Shown here piece by piece: positions 32,874-47,172 of a stretch of DNA of 64,000 bases. The position numbers and the translations under genes were made by a program. How positions within the stretch are numbered: the stretch's first letter is position 1; each line of letters begins with the position of its first letter. The notes under the pieces are model-generated. The model was not told the DNA's origin and searched no databases. It saw only the letters and a list, made by a program, of their open reading frames with translations. The stretch is from Octopus vulgaris. Taxonomy: Eukaryota. Location of the stretch: NCBI GenBank assembly GCA_951406725.2, contig OX597823.1, forward strand, positions 114,948,001 through 115,012,000, in the 5' to 3' direction.

Positions 32874-34170
32874 CTTAGATAACTTAGATATGTTTCGAGC
32901 AAAGATTGGTCCAAGCCATGTCTTATGTAATAGCACCACCTGATAGGATTTGCTAAATATTTTTAAGTCACGTTTTGTGGTATCATGGCCCGTTCGAGTA
33001 GGTCGCTCTTATTGAGTGAGTTGTATCCAGGTATAGGTGTCATATCCGGTATCCCTCTGGTATCCCTTGAAGAAATTTGTCCAGATTCCGTTTAAAGGTG
33101 ATGGAATGCGTTTCCTCTTTGATCTGTTTTGGGACAATGTTAAATAGGGCAGGGCCTGTTGAGGAAAAGAAATTGTGTTGCAATGTATTTAAGTTTTGTG
33201 ATCCTGAATTAATTAGGAGACTTTGGCCCGTGGTCCTAGCCTTGGATGAATTCTGAAGTAATGCTGGCGGTAGATTCTCCACATCGTGCAAATAATGTAT
33301 CACTCACGGCGGCGCTGGAGAGAATAGTGTTTCAATGTTTTTAGGCGGTCCCAATAATCGAGATCAGTGATACCTTAATTCTTTTCGTGAATGCCATCTG
33401 GGGAGGTTCAGTTTTAGGAATGTTGTGTTTTGTGTTAAGAGACCACGGGGGAAAGCAGTATTCGATGTGTGGCCGTACAAAGGAGGAGAAAAGAAGAAAG
33501 ATGATACCTTGTTCTCTGGACCGGAAAGTTCTTAGGACCCAGGAGCTAATCCTATCAGCTATACCGATGTTATTGTTGATGTGGGCACTCCAGCTGAGAT
33601 TGTTGTCTACAATTAGTCTTAGGTCTCTGATATTACTTATGTTGTGAGTGGTTCTCCTGAAGGAAGAGAATATAATTGCTTTAGTATAGTCTTTTTTCCA
33701 AAATGCATCACTTCAAATTTTCCCTCGTTTAGTCGCATTTTGTTTTTGTCTGCCCATCGACTTACAGCATGTAGATCACACTGGAGTTCAGTTAGGTCTT
33801 CTACGTTGATACTTTTCTGGAGCTTAGAATCATCGGCGAATATTTTCACATTACTATGTTTGATGACGCTTGAAATGTCGTTTATATAGACTATGAACAG
33901 AAAAGGACCCAAAACAGCCTTCTGAAGGACACCACTGGTGACTTTTGTTGGGTTTGAGTGGATTCCACCGATCACATGTTGTGTTTTGTTTTCCAGGAAA
34001 TCCTCAATCCAGTGTGGTAGTTTTCCACGGATATCAATATTTGATAATTTTTACAGTAGAATATTGTGGTCGACTCTGTCGAACGCTTTACTAAAGTCCA
34101 AATATATGACATCAGAGTTCGAACTTGATCCCAAAGCTGTAAGGACATCATCGACGTGATGTAAGAGCTG
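32872..34170 (-). mobile_element. 5'-truncated CR1-group LINE (RT C-terminal half), frameshifted
   Basis: Minus strand: DVIYLDFSKAFDRVDHNIL, VTSGVLQKAVLGPFLFIVYINDI..KIFADDSKL..MRLNEGKFEVMHFG, RPHIEYC, SLQRRRE, GPALFNIVP; tail atctaagtttatctaag. Confidence 0.9.
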
Positions 34171-34278
34171 TGTTAGATAGCCTCAGCCGCAGCGAAAACC
34201 ATAATGGTTTAAATTTAGAAGTTTGTGGCTCTCCAAGAAGCCAGCTATCCTATATATATATATGTATGTATATACTTG

Positions 34279-34340
<62 letters not shown>

Positions 34341-34387
34341 TGTGCGACTATATATATGATAGCTTGGAATTATCCGTATAACTATTG

Positions 34388-34430
<43 letters not shown>

Positions 34431-35345
34431 GCACACATATTCAGACACTCACACACACATACACATACACACACATACATACACAAACGCGCGTGCGCTC
34501 ACATTCTTAGCTACTCCTACATTTTACTCTTTAAAACAAACTCACTATATCTGAACGATTCGCTTTCATTATATATGAACATATATTCCTCAACGAAAGA
34601 AAGTTTAATTAACACAAATTTAATTTATGCATATAATTAATTTAACATCATTATATTTCATTATATGTAGACTTTACTATAGTAACAATAAATTAACATG
34701 GATATTATCTTGGCTTGGTTAAGCAGAAATATTTGTGTGTGGCCTCCATTGCTTTCACACTGATATAGGATTTGGTTTAATTCCAAGTTCGTATTTATGT
34801 TGTACGTATGTAATGTTAATATCTCATTAGTTAATATCATTAGTTAATATTAAGATAATTTAATTAAACAGAAATTCTTGAAGATAATTTTCTTAGCAGG
34901 CAGACATACCGATATTCATGGAAAACAACTTTTATAACCATAATGGTTTCCAGCATAGGCACGAGGCCAGGTATGGTTAAGACGATCGCTTGGTAAACTA
35001 TTGGGATTTTAGTTCAATACCCAAGAAAGGAAAGTTATGCTTCCTCCATATTAGAACTTATTCTTTTTCTTCCCTTGCTCGTTATTTTCACAACCAATTC
35101 TTCTTCTTCCTCTTCCTCCTCCACCTCATCCTCCTCTTCTTCTTGTTTCGTCCATTAATGTTATTTCATTAAATCCTTATTTCTGCTTTTATCCATAAAG
35201 ATATTTTATGTTACACGAACACACTTCCATACCTACGTTGCAACCACTAACCTCCACCCACTTGATGAACCAAAAATATGCAACAGGCTCCAACAATAAA
35301 AAAAAAATATGATCTGATCAACAACTTTTTCCTCCTCTCTCCTTT

Positions 35346-35400
<55 letters not shown>

Positions 35401-35531
35401 ATGACTTTATATATATATATATATATATTAATAATAATAATATGACAACAAAAGAAGGAATGAGGCCTCGATATTATGTAAATAGAGGAATTTATCTATA
35501 AATATATCATGCTACAATTAGTTGGTTGTCA

Positions 35532-35594
35532 TAATAAAACTCAGACTTTCGGATGCCTGGGCCGAAGTCTGCTCCGGCATCTCATCAGTTATTA
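35532..35594 (-). ncRNA. Hammerhead ribozyme motif in a PLE-like remnant
   Basis: Minus strand: taataa-CTGATGA-gatgcc...ggcatc-c-GAAA-gtc-t-ga-GTT-ttatta. Perfect stem I and 6-bp stem II; one stem III mismatch. Confidence 0.65.
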
Positions 35595-36297
35595 AACTTG
35601 ATTTTATTATGACAGCCAAATATAAAAATCACGTATTATATTTATATACACCAGTTATACCTCAGTGTGATTATTTTAACTACTCATCACTGAGATATTT
35701 CGTTATATGCCTTACGAAAATCAATTTTAGATTCTATTTTCAGATGATGTCTATGTAAAGTTTAAACTCAAGTAATGAGATGATGTCTTGGTGCCAGAAA
35801 TCAAGGCTTGAATCCTTAGTAGACTATCTTAAGTAAAGAATTCTGAAGTAAACTATTCCATTTTTTTTAGCAAAACTGCAGGAACACTTATCGCCCACTT
35901 TTCTGGCATAAGAATCACTCGTAAATGTTTCATAATGGCTGTCACATATAATCCTGGATTACTCCACTTTCATCCACCATGATAACTCTTTGCAGCCAAG
36001 TAAAATGGCGGATTACTACATTCTCATTAACTAATGATACCTGTTTACATCCATAAGAAACGGTAGATTATTCTGCTCTTATGTACAATAATAACTGTTT
36101 ACAGCCAAGTAATATGCCGGATTACTCTGCTCTTGTCCACCGAGACATTTGTTTAGAACCAAGGAATGAGCTTCTTTAATAAGAAAGCTTATTCTCCATT
36201 CATTATAATGCATTGTTGGAGATATTGGTGATACTGAGTCCAATGTGCTACCTGCTACGGTGTCGGTTTGCCCACCTGTAATTCTCATACTCTCTCT

Positions 36298-36657
36298 CTT
36301 TTACTCTTTTACTCTTTTACTTGTTTCAGTCATTTGACTACGGCCATGCTGGAGCACCGCCTTTAGTCGGGCAAATCGACCCCGGGACTTATTCTTTGTA
36401 AGGCCAGTACTTATTCTATCGGTCTCTTTTGCCGAACCGCTAAGAGAACACATATATATATACACATACATATATATATATATACATATATACGACAGGC
36501 TTCTTTCAGTTTCCGTCTACCAAATCCACTCACAAGACATTGGTCGGCCCGGGGCTATAGCAGAAGACACTTGCCCAAGATGCCACGCAGTGGGACTGAA
36601 CCCGGAACCATGTGGTTGGTTAGCAAGCTACTTACCACACAGCCACTCCTGCGCCTA
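36298..36657 (-). mobile_element. SINE family B with internal deletion
   Basis: Matches 26286-26734 at both ends. Confidence 0.92.
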
Positions 36658-37203
36658 TCTGTAATTTTTTTTTTTTTGCTTGTTGTCACCTCTAGGTTAG
36701 TTCTGATGGAGTAAACCTATAAAGAGTTGCATTCTAGCTGTGAACATTTATCTTTCACCTTTCCGTACCAAACGTACCACTTCATTATCCATCGGATCTC
36801 TTTGTAAAGACATTGAAATTCGATTCCAGGCAGATTCGGCAGCCACTTTTAGTAGTAGACAAGTAGACTGAGAAACTGTGAAAAGTTCCCATTGTTTTCA
36901 GCTGGCATGCATTATAAATAACGCTAAGCATGCATTTACGGCCATTAAAGTGTTAAATAGATGGCAGCATTTGATTTGTTTTAAAAGGAGAAATAATTTC
37001 TAAATGCGTGACCGATCGGTCTTGATTGTTTTTAGAAAAAGAAAATGATGGTGGCGACCTTCATTACACGTTCCCAAGGTTAATCTCTGTGTAAGTGAAG
37101 TGGAAGAGTTGAAAATGATATATCGAAACCGGATGCCAGTACTTGCCGCACCGGAAACGTAGTAGCTGCTTTATTGTTCAGGCAACTAGAAAGATGTGAG
37201 CGT

Positions 37204-37235
<32 letters not shown>

Positions 37236-37371
37236 CATATATATTATATATATATATATATTTCTTTTTCAAACGTAAAACCCAGTGGGAAACTTTCTTT
37301 TCAAATATATGAATTGAAATAAAATCTAACTGCACCTTTGTGAAAATCATTATATTCTTCTAAAATAATAC

Positions 37372-37423
<52 letters not shown>

Positions 37424-37437
37424 GCACACACAAAGGC

Positions 37438-37469
<32 letters not shown>

Positions 37470-37509
37470 ATACATATGTGTGTGTATGCACACTCAGAGA
37501 CACACACAT

Positions 37510-37553
<44 letters not shown>

Positions 37554-37841
37554 AATATTGACTTATCTATTTATATAATTATTCACAACAGCGATGCCAG
37601 CAAATTTGCATATCTCCCTCTGACGTCAATATATCTGTTATTATGGAGGGATGATTGTTGCATATGTCGAATAGAAGAAGCAAAAAAAAAACAGTAATAA
37701 AACAAAATAATAAAGCAAAATCAGGTCGTGAACATATTCAACAAGTTGCTTCTATTGTAATCAATAAGTTGGCTTCCTTCCCTAGCGACAGAATGGAATT
37801 ACATTCAAGTAATAGTGAAAGTGAAAGTAGAAGAATAAAAC

Positions 37842-37887
37842 CAGCAGCAGCAGCAGCAGCACCAGCAACAACAACGACAACGACAGC

Positions 37888-37934
<47 letters not shown>

Positions 37935-37965
37935 TAATAATGATAATAATAATAGTAACAATGAC

Positions 37966-37999
<34 letters not shown>

Positions 38000-38003
38000 G
38001 TGG

Positions 38004-38035
<32 letters not shown>
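37842..38035. repeat. Compound (CAG)n/(AAC)n/(AAT)n/(GAT)n microsatellite
   Basis: Direct reading. Confidence 0.95.
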
Positions 38036-38037
<2 letters not shown>

Positions 38038-38209
38038 GCGATGTAAACACTGTATAGCAAGCAGCTGCACCAACAAGGCAGCCGAACAGCCGGCCAAATA
38101 AATTCAGAGAGCGCAATATATCAAAGAACTATAATCAATTTAGCGCTGATTAGGTAATTATTCGCAAAAAGATCAATATTGCTTTCATAAAAGATTGAGC
38201 AGTAAAATT

Positions 38210-39052
<843 letters not shown>

Positions 39053-39385
39053 TGCATTTGCGCGTATCTTACGCTGCACGTAAAGAGATTGATTACATCA
39101 TAAAAAACCTGTAAATAGAGATGAAGAAAGTCTATTGTAGAGAAGAGTGCATTGGATCTGAATGTAATGTTCTATGAACACCTAAATACTCCATACACAT
39201 TGCTATAATTGTATTTACTACGTTTACTGTTCAGATTTTCCTTGGTTTTTGTTGAAGCCATTTTTGTTTTAAATTTTTACTATCGAAATATCGGTTCGAT
39301 TCTCTCTTATCGACACACCATCAGCCATGTTGAACGGTAACGGACGTACGATGCTATATTATCCATGAAGTTTAGTATGTGGATG

Positions 39386-39447
<62 letters not shown>

Positions 39448-39619
39448 GAATTGCAGTGTTTGTATGTGTGTACGTTAATGCTAAATGCAATGTTAGAGTT
39501 AGTAGGAAGAATGAAGTTGAAGTAGATATACGCTGTTGCCGTGGGGGGGTGGGGCGAGGGAATGTTCGAGCATTATTGCACGTGTGAGTTCGGAGGTGTC
39601 TAAAATTGCAATAACCCAT

Positions 39620-39669
<50 letters not shown>

Positions 39670-39685
39670 ATCTTTTATTTTTTAC

Positions 39686-39910
39686 TTTTTTTTCAGTCAT
39701 TGGATTGCGGCCATGGTGTCGCACCACCTTGAAGAATTCACTCGATAAAATCCCCTTCATATGCCCTGCCCAACCCAGTACTTAGAGTTTAAGCCTGATA
39801 TTCATTTTATTATTTTCTGTTGCCGAACCGTTAACTTAAAGGGACGTAAAGAAACCAGTCCCGGTTGCCAAGTGGAGACTGGGAGACAAACACAAGCACA
39901 AAGACGCACA
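39686..39910 (-). mobile_element. Diverged SINE family B 3' half
   Basis: tttcagtcattggattgcggccatg...gccgaaccgttaa...gggacgtaaa. Confidence 0.7.
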
Positions 39911-39956
39911 CACATAGATCTCTCTCACACCCGCTCTCTCTTTGTTTATCTCTACG

Positions 39957-39987
<31 letters not shown>

Positions 39988-40039
39988 ATCTCTCTGTCTC
40001 TCTGTTTCTACCCCTCTCCCTCTCTCTCTCTCTCATGCA

Positions 40040-41240
40040 AGTGGTCCGCCCTTAGGCAGGTTCCGTGCAAGTAAACCCTCTTCAGCACTCTTTAATCTCT
40101 GCTCTCCTCTTCGTTGAGTGGTTCCCCTATCAAAATATCATCCAACATTATCACTCACCTTTTTCCTCACCTAGATCTTCTCCCTTGTATTCTTCCCTCT
40201 ATCATTGTGAGCAGAAGCCCCTCTGACCCTATAATATGTCCTATCCATTTTGCTTTCTTTCTCTACATGGTATCCATCAGACATCGCCCCTCTCTCCAAC
40301 TCTCCTAAGCACTTCCTCATTGCTCACATAGTCCGTCCAGCAGTTCGTTTCTGTTCCACTCTAGAATCACATCTCATATTCAATCGCCTAGCAACGGCCT
40401 TCTTAAAGATCCATGTTTCTCAGCCATAGAGTACTTAACTTCATACTAGAGTTTTCTCCAGCTTCTTCTTCAGATCATGCTTCAGGCGTTTGGTGTGCAG
40501 TGGTTTATATAAGTGAAGGCGCATGTCTCAGTGGTTAGAGCATCGAGCTTACGATCGTGATGTTGTGAGCTCGAAACTCGGACCAGGCTGCATGTTGTGT
40601 TCTTGAGCAAGGCACTTTATTTCACGTTGCTCCAGTTCACTCAGCTGCAGAAATGAGTTGCGACGTCACAGGCGCCAAGCTGTATCGGCCCCTTTCCCTT
40701 TGATAACACTGGTGGCGTTGAGAGGAGAGGCCGGTATGCATGGGCTGACTGCTGGTCTTCCATAAACAACCTTGCGCGGACTTGTGCTTGGTGGGAGGTA
40801 ACTTTCTAGGTGTAATCCCATGATCTGTGTCGTGACCGAAAGGGGCTTCAGGCTTATATGTGTTGAATCCATTTTTGGTCATGATAATTCTTGCGCTGAT
40901 TTCCCTCTCCCTTCTCTCATCCTCCTTTAATAGGCTTCCAAGATATTTAAATTATTGAATCTGCTCCTAATGATTTTCTTTGGTGCTGATTTGCAAATTC
41001 TCTCCTCTGTTCTTTCCAGTTTTCAATACTTTAGTCTTCTGGTTCATTCTCATCTTGTATACCTCATTCACTTCAATCAGACTTCTCATGATCGTCAGCG
41101 AGCCCTCTACAGTGTTCTCTGTCAGGGCCCAGCCATTCCATGATCTGTCTGGCCCATGCAAAGAGCTGCGATTAGGTGCCTATCTCTCCATCTCCATACA
41201 ACCCGAACATGGGGCTATAGATCCAATTCTGTTTTCTTTA
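40040..41240 (-). mobile_element. Decayed RTE-clade LINE 3' portion, interrupted by SINE C
   Basis: Minus frames give KTKVL..FKYLGSLL..EISARI, VLYG*ETW, WTDYVSNEEVLRRVG and KAKWIGHII..IEGRIQGRRSR, typical of the RTE C-terminus. Confidence 0.8.
40515..40850 (+). mobile_element. tRNA-derived SINE family C (CORE-like central domain)
   Basis: ctcagtggttagagc head, then ttgtgttcttgagcaaggcactttatttcacgttgctccagttcactcagctg..aaatg. Confidence 0.85.
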
Positions 41241-41249
41241 TGTTGTAAT

Positions 41250-41495
41250 GGAGGCGTGTGGCTTAGTGGTCAGGGTGTTGGATTCATGATCGCATGATTG
41301 GGGTTTCGATTCCTGGACCTGGCGACACGTTGTGTTCTTGAGCAAAACACTTCATTTCACGTTTCTCCAGTCCACTCAGCTGGCAAAACCGAGTAATCTT
41401 GCGACGGACCGTTGTCCGGTCCAGATGGGGAATTTCTACCCCATAGAAATCGGGAAACTGACCCTTATGCGTCAGCATGATTCAAAGAAGGTAAC
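41250..41495 (+). mobile_element. SINE family C variant with a different 3' part
   Basis: TGGCTTAGTGGT A box, GTTTCGATTCC B box, ttgtgttcttgagcaaaacactt..ccactcagctg. Confidence 0.8.
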
Positions 41496-42225
41496 TTTAC
41501 TTATTTCAATTCTTTATGATGTAGCTTACTGTCAATTAATAAATACGATAGGGCCCAGGGCACTGATTCGTTCGTTGGCTTCACAGGTCTAGGGGCCCAA
41601 TTCTGAATTTTGAATGTTGTAGCTTGCTGTCAATGAATGTATACTATAGGGCCCAGAGCATTGATTTTCCCTAGGGGTTGGGGTTCTATAATATTGCTTG
41701 GACATCCCTGGGTACAAGAAGACATTTAAAGGATCGAGGTATCACGGGAATGTTTGAATGATTTTTATCTTATGTTCAAGATATAAGCAATATAGAATTA
41801 AGATCTTGCGGTTTCCAATCATACGCACGTGATAGCGAGAACCACGCATTTGTACGCCTTAACCATTGCGAAACGCGCATGTGCAGCACGCATCTATCAA
41901 TTGACCAGTTTTATGCTTACAAAGGTCTTCGGAAACATATAAATAATCCTGTATATAAAAGTGCAACTTACAATTTAGACAACGGAGTCTATGTTTAGGT
42001 TGATATTAGTTGGCCTAACATTCTCACATTTCAATAATTTTATGGAAAGTTTTGTAAAGTAAAATTAAATGCAAAAGAATTTCAATATTCCTCTGTGATG
42101 GATGAATTTACTCACTGTCAGAGAAAATCTCTGGTAATATTTCGGTACGAGAGTTGATATTCTTTGTTCAAATCTCGGTTATGTTGATAGATTTCATTCT
42201 TCGAGAAAACAGAGCTACAGAAATT

Positions 42226-42793
42226 TTCGGTTGTCCGGAAAGTTCATGCCGATATTTAAAGGGGAAACAAAGGTCAATAAATACTTGCCATTACATTTTT
42301 AATCAACCAAATATGAACCATTTTGTTGCAGAATGCGTCTCCATCTTTCCTTTAACTTGAAAATACCCTCTTCCCAGAATTGTGGTTGTTTCATGACAAA
42401 GAATTCATCAAGGTATCTTTTTACGTCACCCACGGAATTGAAATTTTTACCATTAAGACTATTCTGCATAGACCTGAATAAGTGGAAATCCAAAGGAACA
42501 ATATCTTGTGAATATGAAGGGTGGGGGTAACACATCCCAGCCGAGCTGCAGCAATTTTCGTCTGGTTCCCAAAGCATCAAGTGCCGAAAATGAACTTTCT
42601 TATTTTCCATTTTAAAGGGTTACAGAATTAACACAGGTTATAGGAACATAAACCTTCTTCCACGAAAAGATAGCTTAAACTGTGCTCTAAATGGGGATGT
42701 AGTCGAATCCTATTTTATGGACTCAACCATGTTCTAAAATAAGTCGAAAGGTAAGCTACTATAAATCGGCACGAACTTTCCGGACAACCAGAT
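42226..42793 (-). mobile_element. Internally deleted mariner element with both TIRs
   Basis: TIRs ggttgtccggaaagttcatgccgat / atcggcacgaactttccggacaacc. ORF 42299-42610 fuses the N-terminus MENKKVHFRHLMLWE to the C-terminus HPSYSQDIVPLDFHLFRSMQNSL..FWEEGIFKLKERW..NGSYLVD. Confidence 0.92.
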
Positions 42794-43062
42794 AGTAAAG
42801 TATCTGGTATTAACCCATATATGCCCATAAGAAAATTTCTCTGTATTTAGATTAAGTGTTATGGTAAGCTTTCGCAATGTGGAAGAGAAGGACGGTGTAC
42901 AACTGTTAGCTACGGGTATCGACTCCCTACTGGACATTTCATACGCTCAGTGAGATGCTTCCCGGTGAGTTCATGTCCAAACAAGTAGGGGCAGGTTTTG
43001 TGTTGCGGAAACACAACTAGAGGTATATGTGATACATATTTCATTCAATATTTGCCTTCATT

Positions 43063-43690
43063 AAGGTGGTGCTTTGGCAGAATCGTTAGGTCATCGGACA
43101 AAATGCTTACAGTATTTCTTCTAACTCGTTATGTTCTGAGTTCGAATTCCGCCGAGGGTGACTTTGATTTTCTTCCTTTTTGGATCTCTTTTACTCTTTT
43201 ACTTGTTTCAGTCATTTGACTGTGGCCATGCTGGAGCACCACCTTTAGTCGAGCAAATCGACCCCAGGATTTATTCTTTGTAAGCCCAGTACTTATTCTA
43301 TCGGTCTCTTTTGCCGAACCGCGCTAAGTTACAGTGACGTAAACACACCAGCATCGGTTATCAAGCGATGCTGGGGGGGGGGGATAAACACAGACACACA
43401 AACATATACACACACACACACATATATATACACATACATATATACGACGGGCTTCTTTCAGTTTCCGTCTACCAAATCCACTCACAAGGCTTTGGTCAAC
43501 CCGAGGCTATAGAAGAAGACACAAGGTGCCACGCAGTGGGACTGAACTCGGAACCATGTGGTTGGTAAATAAGGTTCTCACCACACAGCCACTCCTGCGC
43601 CTATAGTAGGCGATAAATTAAGCACAGGGATCGATATTATCGAGCAGCCTCTTCCCCACACCATTTCAGGCCTTGTGACTACAGTAAAGA
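43063..43690 (+). mobile_element. Old SINE family A split by a SINE B insertion
   Basis: Head 43063-43183; remainder (gataaattaagcac..gatcgat..ggccttgtg) at 43610-43690. Confidence 0.65.
43186..43603 (-). mobile_element. SINE family B, full length
   Basis: Reverse complement of 26286-26734. Confidence 0.92.
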
Positions 43691-43861
43691 GGAAACATTT
43701 ACCGCCATTGCTGATTGCATAACCGACGTCTGATCTTGATCGCTCCCGTCTTCTTCGTTAAGAACCTTAAGTGACTTCGGCTGAACCCAGTTGTTAGTTG
43801 GTTTATATTAATGCTGAACTTACGCCTGCATTACCGATATGTGTGTGTGTGTGTGTGTGTG

Positions 43862-43895
<34 letters not shown>

Positions 43896-43983
43896 GATAG
43901 ATATACATACATTATATATGCATCATATATATATTGTATTATATATGTATTTATTATTATTGTTATATTTATTATTATTATCA

Positions 43984-44048
<65 letters not shown>

Positions 44049-44069
44049 GTTATTATTATTATTAATATT

Positions 44070-44868
44070 AAACTTAGATAAACTTAGATATGTTTCGACC
44101 AAAGATTGGTCCAGGCCATGTCTAACTTAATAGCACCACCTGATAGGATTATTCGAATCCTGTTTAAGTCAAGTTTTGTTTAAGTCAAGTTTTGTTCAAG
44201 TAGTGAGTTCTTGTTGGGTGAGCTGTATCCAATTATGGGTGGCTTATCTGGTATTCTTTGAAGGAATCTATCCAGACTCCGTTTAAAGTGGATGGGATCC
44301 TTTTCCTCTTTGATCTCCATCGGGACAATGTTAAATAGGGCAGGGCCTGTTGAGGAAAAGAAATTATGTTGCAGTGTACATGTATGTTGTGATCTTGAAT
44401 TGGGCAGGGGACGTACGGCCCGTGGTCCCAGTCTTGGATGAACCTTTGAAGCTAATGTTAAGGTCGTTTGGGCAAAGTTGGCGGTATATTCTCCACATCG
44501 TACAAATGATGTACCGCAAACGGTGACGCTGGAGGGAGTAAAGTTTCAAGGCTTTAAGGCGATCCCAATAATCGAGAGCAGCCATGCCTTCAATTCGTTT
44601 AGTGAGTGCCCTCTGGGGTGACTCAATTCTGGAGATGTTTTGTCTTGTATGGGGAGACCACAGTGGGCAGCAGTATTCAAGGTGTGGCCGTACAAAGGAG
44701 GAAAAAAGGTATGATGACACCTTGTTCTCTGGACCGGAAAGTTCTTAAGATCCAGGAACTCATCCTACGAGCTATATCGACCTTCTTGTTGATGTGTGCA
44801 CTCCACCTGATATCGTCATCAACAATTACACCCAGGTCTCTGATATTGTTAGAGGCTGTGAGCGGTTC
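44070..44868 (-). mobile_element. CR1-group LINE 3' fragment, same family as 32872-34170
   Basis: IRDLGVIVDDDIRWSAHI..SSWILRTFRSR, FVRPHLEYCCPLWSPH..YWDRLKALKLYSLQR; same 3' end (ttggaccaatcttt..tcgaaacatatctaagtttatctaag-like). Confidence 0.9.
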
Positions 44869-45066
<198 letters not shown>

Positions 45067-45597
45067 GAGTGAGAGAGCAGTGCATGCCATCAAAGTGACA
45101 CTGGGGTAAAATTTACGAAGCCCACTATACCCATCATGACTACCCGTCTGATAAGGGTACACCAGGCACATGCATCACAACCATATGTGCGCGACATGGT
45201 GATCTCATATCAAGATAAACAGCCCTAGTTAGAGGCCTAGTTAGAATTTTCTTCTGGTCGAATAACCCATCCCATTCAAAAGGTCCCTGAATAAGGATTG
45301 TGTAAGGATGTTGAACGAACCACCCATGTTTCCAAAGGTGAATTATCCAAACCTCTAAGAATTCCTTTCAACACACGGCTATGATGCTTCCCCTCTACTT
45401 CTGCTCGTGATCAGAGATTCACATATCGTCAGCCACTAAGGGACATGCTCAACTGGTTAAGGTTAAACAACTGACAAGCAAATCTGTGGTATTGAGCAGA
45501 ATATTTGCTGTAGTCCATCTTTTATACCAAGACAAAACAGTTCTAATCAGTTAAGATCAAAAGCTATGAGAGCCACTGCCTGGTACTGCATCAGGGC

Positions 45598-45600
<3 letters not shown>
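45067..45600 (-). mobile_element. Non-coding element embedded in (TAA)n on both sides; longer copy of 11591-11936
   Basis: Homology to 11632-11936, sharp junctions with (TAT)n at both ends. Orientation is assumed from the (AAT)n-tail convention. Confidence 0.78.
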
Positions 45601-45684
<84 letters not shown>

Positions 45685-45687
45685 TAC

Positions 45688-45744
<57 letters not shown>

Positions 45745-45782
45745 CATTATTATTATTATTAATAATATTATTGTTATTGTTG

Positions 45783-45820
<38 letters not shown>

Positions 45821-45845
45821 ATTGTTATTATTATTATTATTATTA

Positions 45846-45917
<72 letters not shown>
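45601..45917. repeat. (TAT)n microsatellite
   Basis: Direct reading. Confidence 0.97.
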
Positions 45918-45918
<1 letters not shown>

Positions 45919-46191
45919 ATACATATATGTATGCTGCCTAGTTTTAGCCATTTACAAAACATCAATCATTTTTTGTATATTAATTATTGTAAATAAAAAA
46001 TAATAATTAATAAAATAACAGTTGAGTTGTGTTAATAATTAATTTCTAATTAGTCGGTCCACTTTTATATTTTCCGTGACCTCTTGTAAACAATGGGTCA
46101 TGGAATCAATTAGAGTGTTGAAGTTGTTTACAGGAATTTCTTCCCTTTCTGCCTTCTTATCCTGCTCCTCCTCCTCCTCCTCCTCCTCCTC

Positions 46192-46222
<31 letters not shown>

Positions 46223-46318
46223 TACTATTTTTGCTCATCATTATAATCATTATCATCATTGCAATAGCCATCGCTATTAACACCATCATCATTATTATCA
46301 TCATTACCATAGTCATCG

Positions 46319-46349
<31 letters not shown>

Positions 46350-46668
46350 TGTCATCGTCATCATTTTATGATTTTCCCTTGCTTTCGATGACTGAAGAAT
46401 TGATCCCAGAACACCAGGTTCACTCACTTGAAAGTAAATCGATGCATCGTATATGATGTGTACGAATGAACCTTATGTTTGCGTAATATCTGACTACGTG
46501 TAACAAGTTGATGAAATCGCAATAACAGACATTCCAGTAAGCTCTCATCCCACCCTCCGGTCAGCCAACGAGTGTGTCTCTACATCCTACCAGCAAGAAA
46601 CAGCAGCCAAGCCACCTATAGCTGTACCATCTTACAAAAAAAATGGAAAAAATACATTGAATAATGTA

Positions 46669-46883
46669 GGAATGGCTGTGTGATAAGTAGCTTGCTTACC
46701 AACCACATGGTTCTGGGTTCAGTCCCACTGCGTGGCACCTTGGGCAAGTGTCTTCTACTATAGCCTCGGGCCGACCAAAGCCTTGTGAGTGGATTTGGCA
46801 GACGGAAACTGAAAGAAGCCCGTCGTATATATGTGTGTGTATATATATGTATGTATATATATATATATATATATATATTATAT

Positions 46884-46920
<37 letters not shown>

Positions 46921-47172
46921 GCATATACATATATGTGTGTGTATGTGTGTGTATGCGTGTGTATACGTTTGTGTGTCTGTGTTTGTCCCCCCAATATCTC
47001 TTGGGTGTGTTACGATACTGGTGTGTTACGTCCCCGTAACATAACGCTACGACAAAAGAGATCAATAGAATAAGTACTAGGCTTACAAAGAATAAGTCCT
47101 TGGGTCGATTTACTCGACTAAAGGCGCTGCTCCAGCATGGCCACAGTCAAATGACTGGAACAAGTAAAGTAA
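46669..47172 (+). mobile_element. SINE family B
   Basis: Matches 26286-26734; expanded internal (TA)n. Confidence 0.92.
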
